Assembly: GCA_021774445.1 (NCBI GenBank)
Contig: JAJFJA010000046.1
Location: 48,562 to 112,561 of the forward strand
DNA: 64,000 bases
Direction of reading: 5' to 3'
From: Alphaproteobacteria bacterium
Lineage (GTDB): Bacteria > Pseudomonadota > Alphaproteobacteria > UBA6615
Part shown: positions 18,520 to 26,858 of the stretch, piece by piece
Position numbering within the stretch: the stretch's first letter is position 1
Layout of the letters: every line of letters begins with the position of its first letter
Notes under the pieces: generated by a model
What the model was told of the DNA's origin: nothing
Seen by the model: the letters and a program-made list of their open reading frames with translations, nothing else
Database searches by the model: none
Position numbers and translations under genes: made by a program

Positions 18520-19007
18520 CCCGAGGAAAAACGGCGGCGTTTGGGCTGGGGTTGTGCGTTCTTGTGGGCTTCATGCTCTTCACCGTCGTGCCCCTCACAC
18601 GATACCGGCCCAACTGCGGCAGCATTGAAACCCCAATCTACCTCGATGGTCCGCTTCGGCCGGATTACCGCGACAACCTCGAACACGTTTTGAACGAAGA
18701 GGGGTTCTACTACTGGAAGCTGAACGGGAACATCTACCTGAAGACAATGGACGTCGTCACTGGTCTTGATTTTTATCACGAGCTGTTCCGCAACGCGGAA
18801 GCGGATATTATCTCGAACTTATCCCACGGCTACAGGGCAAACGGTGAACGAATTCCACCACCACCGCCCTTACTGGACGCCATTCGCCGGACCGAGGCCG
18901 AATACGGTCCTTTTCCCGCGGCCATAGTCGGCTCCGATTCGCGTCACTTTCGTGACTGCGACGTCATGCGCGCCGGCGCCATCTGGGTCGAGAAGCTGGA
19001 CGGTTAG
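18516..19007 (+). CDS. Membrane-anchored immunity-like protein 2 (diverged paralog of 17593-18117)
   Basis: It has the same GTGA stop/start overlap with the preceding toxin-CT module and a TM helix (FGLGLCVLVGFMLFTVVPL). Shared motifs are GPLRPxY, GFxYWKL, PPPPPLLDAIRxT, YGPF and FxDCxVxRAGxIWVEKLD. Confidence 0.65.
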   Translation: MTRGKTAAFGLGLCVLVGFMLFTVVPLTRYRPNCGSIETPIYLDGPLRPDYRDNLEHVLNEEGFYYWKLNGNIYLKTMDVVTGLDFYHELFRNAEADIISNLSHGYRANGERIPPPPPLLDAIRRTEAEYGPFPAAIVGSDSRHFRDCDVMRAGAIWVEKLDG

Positions 19008-19816
19008 GCGCCACCGCCCGCGACCAGCACGTCGGTGACGAATTTCACCCCCGGAAAGCCCAGGGTCAGCAGCAGATAGGCCAGCAACGCCAAGCGCGCC
19101 ACCCGTCGGCCCGCCAGGCCGCTGCGCAAATGCGCCACGATCAGCACGGCGATGACCACAAAGGCTGCAAAAGAGAACAGCACCTTATGATCGAGTACGA
19201 GCACCGATCCAGTGGTGAAGAACTGCGTCGCCATTCCGGTGATCAGACCCAGGCCAAGCACCGCTTCGCCACCCTGCAACAGGTTGAGCTGCAGCCGTTC
19301 TGCATCGCTAATCGACGGTAGAATTCTGACGATCTCCGACCGGCTCTTCATCCGCACCGCCCGCTCCCGCAGCAGCACGGCCAGCCCCGCCACCGCGGCC
19401 AGGGTCACCAGGGCGTAAGTCACCACCGCCGCGACGATATGCACGACCAGCCAGGCGTCGGGCGCCGCCGCCACCAGCGCACCGGCCGGGTCCGAACTCC
19501 AAATCGTGGCGACCAGCCCCAACACCAACAGATAGGGCACCAGCAGTGCCCCCAATCGCCAGCAATCCCGCAACGTCAGCGCCAACACGGCAAACAGCGT
19601 CATCGTTGCGGCGATGATGATCCATAAGGTTACCGCAAACCCGGTCCGCCACACCCCGGAGGTCAGGGCATAGACGAAGATCAACGGCCCGCCGACTCCG
19701 ATCGCCAAGACAATCCAGAACACGCCGTTGCGATGGTCCGGCCAGCGCAACGGCAAGACCGCGGCTGGTACCAGCGACACCAGGGCAGATATGCTGAGCA
19801 TTAGGCTACCGCTCAT
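19004..19816 (-). CDS. Cytochrome c assembly family membrane protein (CcsA/YpjD-like)
   Basis: 270 aa polytopic membrane protein resembling the YpjD/CcsA-like family. Its stop codon overlaps the stop of the convergent ORF 18516-19007. Confidence 0.55.
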   Translation of the reverse strand: MSGSLMLSISALVSLVPAAVLPLRWPDHRNGVFWIVLAIGVGGPLIFVYALTSGVWRTGFAVTLWIIIAATMTLFAVLALTLRDCWRLGALLVPYLLVLGLVATIWSSDPAGALVAAAPDAWLVVHIVAAVVTYALVTLAAVAGLAVLLRERAVRMKSRSEIVRILPSISDAERLQLNLLQGGEAVLGLGLITGMATQFFTTGSVLVLDHKVLFSFAAFVVIAVLIVAHLRSGLAGRRVARLALLAYLLLTLGFPGVKFVTDVLVAGGGA

Positions 19817-19891
19817 AACCCGCCTTATACTCCACCAGCCGAGACGGCTCTAGTTTAGAGTGATCCCAATTAGCGACATCGGTTACACCCA

Positions 19892-20392
19892 ATGACGCCT
19901 CCAAACCCAAATTGGACACCCCACGCCCTGATTGCAACATGGTTCGGCGCCGGCTTATTGCCGAAGGCGCCTGGCACATGGGGTTCCCTGGCCGCCCTCC
20001 CCTTCGCCGTGCTCATCGTCTGGCTGGGTGGCGTTTGGGCTCTGTCCATCGCCACGCTACTGTCCTTCATTGTCGGCGTTTGGGCGTCACAGCGCTATGC
20101 CGACGCAATCGGTCGTAAGGACCCCGGATCGGTCGTCATCGACGAGGTCGCCGGGCAATGGCTGGCTATCATCCCCATCGCCGGCAACCTCTGGCTTTAC
20201 CCCGTCGCCTTTCTCACCTTCCGGTTGTTTGACATCACGAAACCCTGGCCGGCACGCAATGCCGAAAAATTGCCCGGCGGCATGGGGATCATGACTGACG
20301 ATATCGTCGCCGGCGTTTACGCTGGGATCCTGACCTGGCTGCTGTCCGTTGCCGCCCGGGCTGCCGGACTTGAACTTTCACTAGAACTATAG
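19892..20392 (+). CDS. pgpA: Phosphatidylglycerophosphatase A
   Basis: ...LLPKAPGTWGSLAALP...DPGSVVIDEVAGQW...FRLFDITKPWP... are PgpA signatures. Confidence 0.85.
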   Translation: MTPPNPNWTPHALIATWFGAGLLPKAPGTWGSLAALPFAVLIVWLGGVWALSIATLLSFIVGVWASQRYADAIGRKDPGSVVIDEVAGQWLAIIPIAGNLWLYPVAFLTFRLFDITKPWPARNAEKLPGGMGIMTDDIVAGVYAGILTWLLSVAARAAGLELSLEL

Positions 20393-20408
20393 GAACCCGG
20401 AAACACCG

Positions 20409-20909
20409 ATGTTCGACAACGCCTTACTGGAAGATGCCAAAGAAGTAATCGAGCTTTGCCGGCGCGGCGATGTGCGCTTGGCCACGGCGGAATCCTGTAC
20501 CGGTGGATTGATCGTCGGCTGCCTGACCGCCGTCCCCGGCGCCTCCGACGTCGTCGATCGTGGTTTCGTCACCTACTCCAACGCCGCCAAGACGGAGATG
20601 CTCGGCGTCGCCGCGATGCTCATCAATTTCGAGGGCGCGGTCAGCGAAAAGGTTGCCCGCGCCATGGCCGAAGGCGCCCTCGCCCGCTCCGCTGCCGACC
20701 TGACTGTCGCGGTGACCGGGGTCGCCGGCCCCCGTGGTGGGACCGCAGCCAAGCCGGTCGGGCTGGTGCATCTGGCATGTGCGGGCACCGGCCGCCCGAC
20801 CCGCCACTATCGCGAGGTCTTTCCCGGTGACCGCGCCGCCATCCGCGATACCACGATCGTCACCGCCTTTGCCATGCTCCGCACCGTCCTGCAGACCGGC
20901 ACGGCTTGA
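20409..20909 (+). CDS. pncC: CinA C-terminal domain protein / nicotinamide-nucleotide amidohydrolase PncC
   Basis: ATAESCTGGLI...TYSNAAK...AVTGVAGP are CinA_C motifs. Length 166 aa. Confidence 0.85.
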   Translation: MFDNALLEDAKEVIELCRRGDVRLATAESCTGGLIVGCLTAVPGASDVVDRGFVTYSNAAKTEMLGVAAMLINFEGAVSEKVARAMAEGALARSAADLTVAVTGVAGPRGGTAAKPVGLVHLACAGTGRPTRHYREVFPGDRAAIRDTTIVTAFAMLRTVLQTGTA

Positions 20910-20971
20910 GGTTGCCTCGCCTCCCCGTCACCCCTACAAAAGCGGTCTAAACAACACCTGGGGGCACGCCA

Positions 20972-22027
20972 ATGGGACGCAGATATCAGAGCATTCTCGA
21001 AACGGTCGGCAACACGCCGGTCGTCAGAATCACCAAACTCGCCCCGAAGCACGTCAATCTGTTCGTCAAGATCGAGGCATTCAACCCACTCGGCTCGGTC
21101 AAGGATCGGCTGGCGCTCGGCGTCATCGAAGATGCCGAAAGAACCGGCGCCCTGAAACCGGGCCAAACCGTTATCGAGGCGACCAGCGGCAATACCGGCA
21201 TTGGTCTCGCCATGGTCTGTGCCCAGAAGGGTTATCCCCTCGTGGTCACCATGGCCGAGAGTTTCAGCGTCGAAAGACGGCGACTGATGCGCTTCCTCGG
21301 CGCCAAGGTCGTGTTGACCCCGGCAGCCGAGAAGGGCACCGGCATGGTCCGCAAGGCCATTGAGCTTGCCGAGGCTCACGGTTGGTTCCTCACCCGCCAG
21401 TTCGAGAATGAGGCCAATCCGGACTACCACTCGCAAACGACGGCCAGGGAGATCATTGACGATTTCAGCGACACCTCTCTTGACTACTGGGTGACCGGGT
21501 TTGGCACCGGCGGCACCCTGAAGGGCGTCGCGCGCGTGTTGGCCAAGGAGAGTCCGAACACCAAGATCATCGTTTGTGAACCCGAACTGGCCGCGATGTT
21601 GTCCAGCGGCACGGCGCAAGATCGCAATCCCGATGGCTCAGCCGCCGCGAGCCATCCGTCATTCACGCCCCATCCCATGCAGGGTTGGAGCCCGGATTTC
21701 ATTCCGAAAATAACCGGCGACGCGGTCGATATGGGTGTCATTGACGAACTTCTGACCATCGCCGGCCCCGATGCCATCCGCTGCAGCCAGGAGTTAGCCC
21801 GGCAGGAGGGGATTTTTGTCGGCATAACCAGCGGTGCTGCATTGGCCGGCGCCTTGCGGGTTTGTGAAGACGCTCCGGAGGGCGCAAATATCCTGTGCAT
21901 GTTGCCGGATACCGGCGAACGCTACCTGTCGACACCGCTTTTCGCCGATGTCCCTGCCGAGATGACCGAGGACGAGGTAAACCTTTCGCACTCGACGCCT
22001 AATTATCATCTCAAGCCGGCGTCTTAG
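20972..22027 (+). CDS. cysK: PLP-dependent cysteine synthase (CysK family)
   Basis: ...TVGNTPVVRITKL...FNPLGSVKDRLA...EATSGNTGIGLA...HPMQGW...FIP... At 351 aa it is somewhat longer than classical CysK. Confidence 0.8.
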   Translation: MGRRYQSILETVGNTPVVRITKLAPKHVNLFVKIEAFNPLGSVKDRLALGVIEDAERTGALKPGQTVIEATSGNTGIGLAMVCAQKGYPLVVTMAESFSVERRRLMRFLGAKVVLTPAAEKGTGMVRKAIELAEAHGWFLTRQFENEANPDYHSQTTAREIIDDFSDTSLDYWVTGFGTGGTLKGVARVLAKESPNTKIIVCEPELAAMLSSGTAQDRNPDGSAAASHPSFTPHPMQGWSPDFIPKITGDAVDMGVIDELLTIAGPDAIRCSQELARQEGIFVGITSGAALAGALRVCEDAPEGANILCMLPDTGERYLSTPLFADVPAEMTEDEVNLSHSTPNYHLKPAS

Positions 22028-22046
22028 TACCCAGGATTTGCCGGAG

Positions 22047-22060
22047 TATGAACTTTCATA
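22047..22060. promoter_or_regulatory. Candidate operator palindrome upstream of the TRAP operon
   Basis: TATGAA-CT-TTCATA (a 6-2-6 perfect palindrome) about 100 nt upstream of dctP. Motif only. No regulator gene is adjacent. Confidence 0.2.
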
Positions 22061-22160
22061 TTCCCGATCACCATGCGATGTTTCAGACCTAAAATAATAT
22101 GACTGTCGCTGGCGGGCTGTCCGGCGCCGCCGGCGAATGGTCTCTAGGGGAGGAAAACCG

Positions 22161-23144
22161 ATGAACCGAAGAATGCAATTCGCGACGGGCTTGTTCGTTT
22201 CCTTGGGAATAGCGGTCGGGTATGCCATCGACGCGTTCGGTGAGGAGGTCACTCTCACGGCCGTCAGCGCTTTTGCCGAAGGCACGAACTTCTCGCGCAA
22301 CTTCGAACGCTTCATTGACAAGACCAATGAGATCGGCGCCGGCAAAGTCCGCATCGATTACAAGGGCGGTGGCGGAAAGGTCATGGACCCGTTCCAGCTC
22401 GGTGATGCCATCCGCACCGGCGTCGTCGACATCGGCAATTTGCCGGGCGCCTTTTACACCAAACTTCTGCCGGAGGCCGATGCCGCGAAACTATCGGACT
22501 TCACCATCGGCGAGGAACGCGAGAACGGCGCATGGGAATTCGTCAACCAGCTCCATAACGACCGCATGAACGTGCAGCATTTGGCGCGCCAGAAGGATTG
22601 CGTGCCGTTCCACCTTTACTTAACCAAACCCATCGATAGCATGGACCTGGACGGCTTCAAGATCCGCGTAACGCCGATCTACCGGGCCTTTTTTGCCTCC
22701 ATGGGCGCCAGCATGATCCGCACCAGCCCCGGCGACGTCTATACCGCTCTTGAGCGCGGCACGGTCGACGGCTATGGCTGGCCAAGCCAGGGCGTCTTCG
22801 ATCTCGGCTGGCACGAGGTAACCAAATACCGCGTCGACCCGCCCTTCTATCGTGCCAGTGTCGAAATGTTGATCAATCTGGATCAATGGAATGCGCTCGA
22901 CGACGAACAGAAGGCGGTACTGAACGAGGCGGCCTCCTTCATGGAAGGGCTGTGCAGCGAGGACCAGGATCAATCCGCCGCCGAGCTTAAGCGCCAGGAA
23001 AGCGAGGCCGGTATCGAGGTCATCACCTTTGCCGGCGCCGATGGCGAAAAATACCTCAGTCAAGCCAAGGAAAGCGGCTGGGCCGAGTTCATCAAGACCA
23101 ACCCGGAAACCGGCCCGAAGCTCCAGCAGCTTCTAAGCAAGTAG
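22161..23144 (+). CDS. TRAP transporter substrate-binding protein (DctP family)
   Basis: GGGAGG lies before the ATG at 22161. It has a signal-peptide-like N-terminus (MNRRMQFATGLFVSLGIAVGYA), DctP-like length, and is followed by Q and M subunits. Confidence 0.8.
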   Translation: MNRRMQFATGLFVSLGIAVGYAIDAFGEEVTLTAVSAFAEGTNFSRNFERFIDKTNEIGAGKVRIDYKGGGGKVMDPFQLGDAIRTGVVDIGNLPGAFYTKLLPEADAAKLSDFTIGEERENGAWEFVNQLHNDRMNVQHLARQKDCVPFHLYLTKPIDSMDLDGFKIRVTPIYRAFFASMGASMIRTSPGDVYTALERGTVDGYGWPSQGVFDLGWHEVTKYRVDPPFYRASVEMLINLDQWNALDDEQKAVLNEAASFMEGLCSEDQDQSAAELKRQESEAGIEVITFAGADGEKYLSQAKESGWAEFIKTNPETGPKLQQLLSK

Positions 23145-23231
23145 AGTCGCCCCATCATGCTCGTCGGGCCGAGGCATCCCTACGGGATCGCTTCGGCCCT
23201 TTACCGCTAGTAAGTCTCTCGGAGGAGGCGT

Positions 23232-23744
23232 GTGACCGGCAGCGTCGCGTCGCGCATCTATCACGGTACCCTGCGGTTGACGGCATTCCTCGCCGGCGCG
23301 TCCTTCGCCGGTCTGGCGGTAATGATCAGTCTCGACGTCGTGCTGCGGAACATCGGCATAGTCAACTTTCCTTGGCTGCTTGAAATCTCCGAATATGCCC
23401 TCTACGGCGCAACATTCCTTGCGGCGCCCTGGGTGCTGAGTCAGGGCGCCCATGTGCGCGTCGACTTGCTACGCATGACCCTGCCAAAGCCGGCGGCACG
23501 GTTGGCCGAATTCGCCGCCGACGGTGTTGGCGCACTGCTCGCGGCCACCCTCATGTGGTTTGGCGGCCGGGTCACGTGGGACACCTTCCAACGCGGCGAC
23601 CTGCTCTACAAAGAACTCGTCATCCCCGAATGGACCTTGCTGATCGTCCTGCCGATTTCGGGCGCACTTCTTACGGTCGAGTTTCTTCGCCGCCTGTCGA
23701 TGGTTCTACCTCTCCAGCCGAGCACGAACGGAGAAGACCCCTAA
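23232..23744 (+). CDS. TRAP transporter small permease (DctQ family)
   Basis: 170 aa with four predicted TM helices, located between the TRAP P and M genes. Confidence 0.75.
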   Translation: MTGSVASRIYHGTLRLTAFLAGASFAGLAVMISLDVVLRNIGIVNFPWLLEISEYALYGATFLAAPWVLSQGAHVRVDLLRMTLPKPAARLAEFAADGVGALLAATLMWFGGRVTWDTFQRGDLLYKELVIPEWTLLIVLPISGALLTVEFLRRLSMVLPLQPSTNGEDP

Positions 23745-23746
23745 TC

Positions 23747-25063
23747 ATGGCGTGGACGCTCTCCCTCACCCTCATGCTTGGCACCTTGGTGGCACTCATG
23801 GCGGTCGGCGTGCCGGTGGCGTTTGCCTTCTTGGGCGTCAACATCATCGGCGCCGCGGTCTTCTTGGGCGGACAACCAGGCCTCGACCAAATGGCCCGTA
23901 ACACCTTCGCGGCGATTTCCAACTTCTCGCTTATGCCCATACCGCTGTTCCTGCTGATGGGCGAGATCCTTTTTCATACCGGCGTCGCCCAACGGGCCAT
24001 CACCGCGATCGACCGGTTGATTGCCAAAGTGCCCGGCCGTTTATCAATAGTGACCGTGATTGGCGGTACCGTTTTTTCGTCGCTATCAGGATCGACCATC
24101 GCCAACACCGCGGTGCTCGGCTCTTCGTTGCTCGGCGACATGCTCAAGCGCGGTTACCACCCGACCATCGCCATGGGGCCGATCATGTCGACCGGTTCCA
24201 TCGCCATGCTGATCCCGCCCTCGGCGCTAGCGGTCCTACTCGGCAGCCTGGCCGGCATATCAATCGCCAAATTGCTGATCGCCGGCATCATCCCGGGCCT
24301 GCTAATGGCCAGCGTCTTCCTGGCCTACATCATGATCCGCTGTCGGCTCAACCCGTCACTCGCGCCGGCCTATGAGGTCGAGCATCTAGGTCTCGTGGAG
24401 CGTTGGCGCCCGTTTCTCTTTCACGTCGTGCCGCTGCTGATCATTTTTGTCCTCGTGGTGGGCAGTGTCCTTGCGGGTTGGGCGACACCGACCGAATCCG
24501 CTGCCCTCGGCAGCGTCGCCTCCGTGATCGCGGCCATCGCCTACCGCCAATTCTCCTGGCCCAAACTGACGAAGGCGCTGTTCGAAACCACCAAGATCTC
24601 CGTCATGATCCTGTTCATCATTGCGGCATCTGTCACCTTTTCTCAGATCTTGGCCTTCTCCGGCGCCACATCTGGCTTGCTGCAACTGATCGATGGTGTT
24701 GGCGCCTCCCCCTTCATCATCCTGCTCGCCATGATCGCCGTCCTCTTGTTCCTCGGCGCCTTCATGGACCAGGTCAGCATGATAATGATCACTTTGCCGT
24801 TCTTTATCCCCCTGGCCCAATCCCTGGGCCTCGACCTGTTATGGTTCGGCGTGCTGATGCTGGTGGTGATGGAGATCAGCTTCACGACGCCACCTTTCGG
24901 CCTGCTGATCTATGTGATGAAGGGTGTCGCGCCGCCGTCGATCACCCTCGGCGACGTCTACCGCGCGACTTTGCCCTTTATCGTCCTGGAACTGATCGTC
25001 CTGGCCGCGATCATCCTGATCCCGGACCTCGCGACCCTGTTACCCTCACTGCTACGCCGCTGA
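23747..25063 (+). CDS. TRAP transporter large permease (DctM family)
   Basis: I trimmed the start to MAWTLSLTLMLG, 3 nt after the dctQ stop. About 438 aa, polytopic, DctM-like. Confidence 0.85.
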   Translation: MAWTLSLTLMLGTLVALMAVGVPVAFAFLGVNIIGAAVFLGGQPGLDQMARNTFAAISNFSLMPIPLFLLMGEILFHTGVAQRAITAIDRLIAKVPGRLSIVTVIGGTVFSSLSGSTIANTAVLGSSLLGDMLKRGYHPTIAMGPIMSTGSIAMLIPPSALAVLLGSLAGISIAKLLIAGIIPGLLMASVFLAYIMIRCRLNPSLAPAYEVEHLGLVERWRPFLFHVVPLLIIFVLVVGSVLAGWATPTESAALGSVASVIAAIAYRQFSWPKLTKALFETTKISVMILFIIAASVTFSQILAFSGATSGLLQLIDGVGASPFIILLAMIAVLLFLGAFMDQVSMIMITLPFFIPLAQSLGLDLLWFGVLMLVVMEISFTTPPFGLLIYVMKGVAPPSITLGDVYRATLPFIVLELIVLAAIILIPDLATLLPSLLRR

Positions 25064-25066
25064 GCC

Positions 25067-26806
25067 CTATTCCGGCAGCCCAAGCTTGACCAGGTTGCCG
25101 ATCATCCGGTTCATGTAGCTCTCGGAAAACGCCATCGCTTGCCGAACCTGCTCCCCGGTCAGATTCGGATAGCTCTCCATTAGCGCGTCAAAGGCCGCTT
25201 GGGCCTCCTCGATCCTTCCGGCGCTCACCAGGACGGGCGCGAGGCTCCGATAGATCCAGGCGGCGTTCGGCCGTTCTTCCAGGGCTCGGCGGAAGTATGA
25301 GATTGCTGTGTCGTAGTCTCCCAGGATCTCGTGCGAGCACGCCATGCCCACATACATGTTGAAGATCAGCGGATCGAACGGGCTCAACCGGCGCGCTTTC
25401 TCGAAATGCTGTAAGGCGACATCGGGTCGGTCCGCATAGGCGCTGAGCCAGGCCAGCCGGCTCCAGGCCCAGGCATCATTCGGATCGATCGAGACGGCCC
25501 GTTCCAGCAGGATGCGTGCTGTGCCGAAATTGCGGCTGACCGTGTGTACCGTGCCCAACACCGCCAGGACCAACGGATCGCTGCCGTTTTGATCGGCCGC
25601 CCGCTCGGCCAGGGTCAACGCCAGTCTCCGGCTTTCGACCAGGTCGTCCGTCCAGTTGTAGACGCTGCGTTGCGCATGGCACCAGGCCGCCAGCGACAGG
25701 GCCATCGGATAATCCGGATCCATTTTCAGGGCCCGTTCCAGAAACTCGAGCCCTGCGGTCGTCTTGTCTTTCTCCAGCGTCCACACATGGGTCAGTGCCT
25801 GCATCGTCAGGTCGTAGGCCCCCAAATCCTGCGGCGGCTTGCGCTTGACCCGCTCGATCTCCGCCAGCCGGATCGACGGCTGCAGGGCGCCCGCCACCTG
25901 CTCGGTGATCTGGTCCTGCAAGTCGAAGATATCGTCGCTGACGCCGTCGAACCGCTTGGCCCAGACATGAGTGCCGTTGGTCGTCTCGATCAACTGCGCC
26001 GTGATCCGGATCCGCTGGCTCGCGCGCTGGACACTTCCTTCCAGCACATACCCGACCCCCAACTCCCGGCCGATATCCGGCACGCTCACCGCCTTGTTCT
26101 TGTAGGTGAAGGCGGTATTGCGGGCGATCACGAAGAAGGCCCGGATATTCGCCAATGCCGCGGTAATGGCTTCGACCATGCCGTCGGCAAAATATTCCTG
26201 CGCCGGATCCCCCGACATATTGTCGAACGGCAGCACCACGATGGAGGGCTTGTCGGGCAGGGCCAGCGCCACTGTCGCTTGCGCTTTCAGGCTCTTGTCC
26301 GCCTGCCAGTTGAACACCCGGATCGGCCGGTCGATATTCTTGAAACGGTGTTCCCCCGCATCGACGAACGTCGCCTCGACGCGGTTGCCGATGCTTTCAT
26401 GCACAATGGAGGAAATGCTAATCCCGCCGGCCTCGGCCGCGGTTTCGAGCCGCGCCGCGATATTGACACCATCGCCGTAGATGTCGTCGTCCTCGATGAT
26501 GATGTCGCCCAGATTGATGCCGATGCGCACGGCAATGCCGGAGGGATCGCCGGCCAGGGTCCCCTGGATCGCCACCGCGGCCTGCACCGCATCGACGACA
26601 CTGGGGAACTCCACCAGCACGCCGTCCCCCATCAGCTTGACGATGCGGCCATGGTGGGTGTCGATGGTGGGGTTGAAAACCTCCGTCCGCAACCGTTTCA
26701 GCACTTCGAGCGTGCCAGACTCGTCCGCCTCCATGAGCTTCGAGTAGCCGACGACATCGGCGGCAAGTATGGCGCTAAGGCGGCGTTCCAAGTCAGTCTC
26801 CCGCAA
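25067..26806 (-). CDS. Class III adenylate/guanylate cyclase domain protein with TolB-like and TPR regions
   Basis: N-terminal cyclase homology domain (ILAADVVGYSKLM...KLMGDGVLVEF...GDGVNIAARLE), a central VVLPFDNMSGDP...YFADG segment and C-terminal TPR-like repeats. Confidence 0.8.
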   Translation of the reverse strand: MRETDLERRLSAILAADVVGYSKLMEADESGTLEVLKRLRTEVFNPTIDTHHGRIVKLMGDGVLVEFPSVVDAVQAAVAIQGTLAGDPSGIAVRIGINLGDIIIEDDDIYGDGVNIAARLETAAEAGGISISSIVHESIGNRVEATFVDAGEHRFKNIDRPIRVFNWQADKSLKAQATVALALPDKPSIVVLPFDNMSGDPAQEYFADGMVEAITAALANIRAFFVIARNTAFTYKNKAVSVPDIGRELGVGYVLEGSVQRASQRIRITAQLIETTNGTHVWAKRFDGVSDDIFDLQDQITEQVAGALQPSIRLAEIERVKRKPPQDLGAYDLTMQALTHVWTLEKDKTTAGLEFLERALKMDPDYPMALSLAAWCHAQRSVYNWTDDLVESRRLALTLAERAADQNGSDPLVLAVLGTVHTVSRNFGTARILLERAVSIDPNDAWAWSRLAWLSAYADRPDVALQHFEKARRLSPFDPLIFNMYVGMACSHEILGDYDTAISYFRRALEERPNAAWIYRSLAPVLVSAGRIEEAQAAFDALMESYPNLTGEQVRQAMAFSESYMNRMIGNLVKLGLPE

Positions 26807-26858
26807 CTTTCGCGGGAGCGTAACACCCTGGGCCTAGGGACGCCACGTCATCGCCAGA

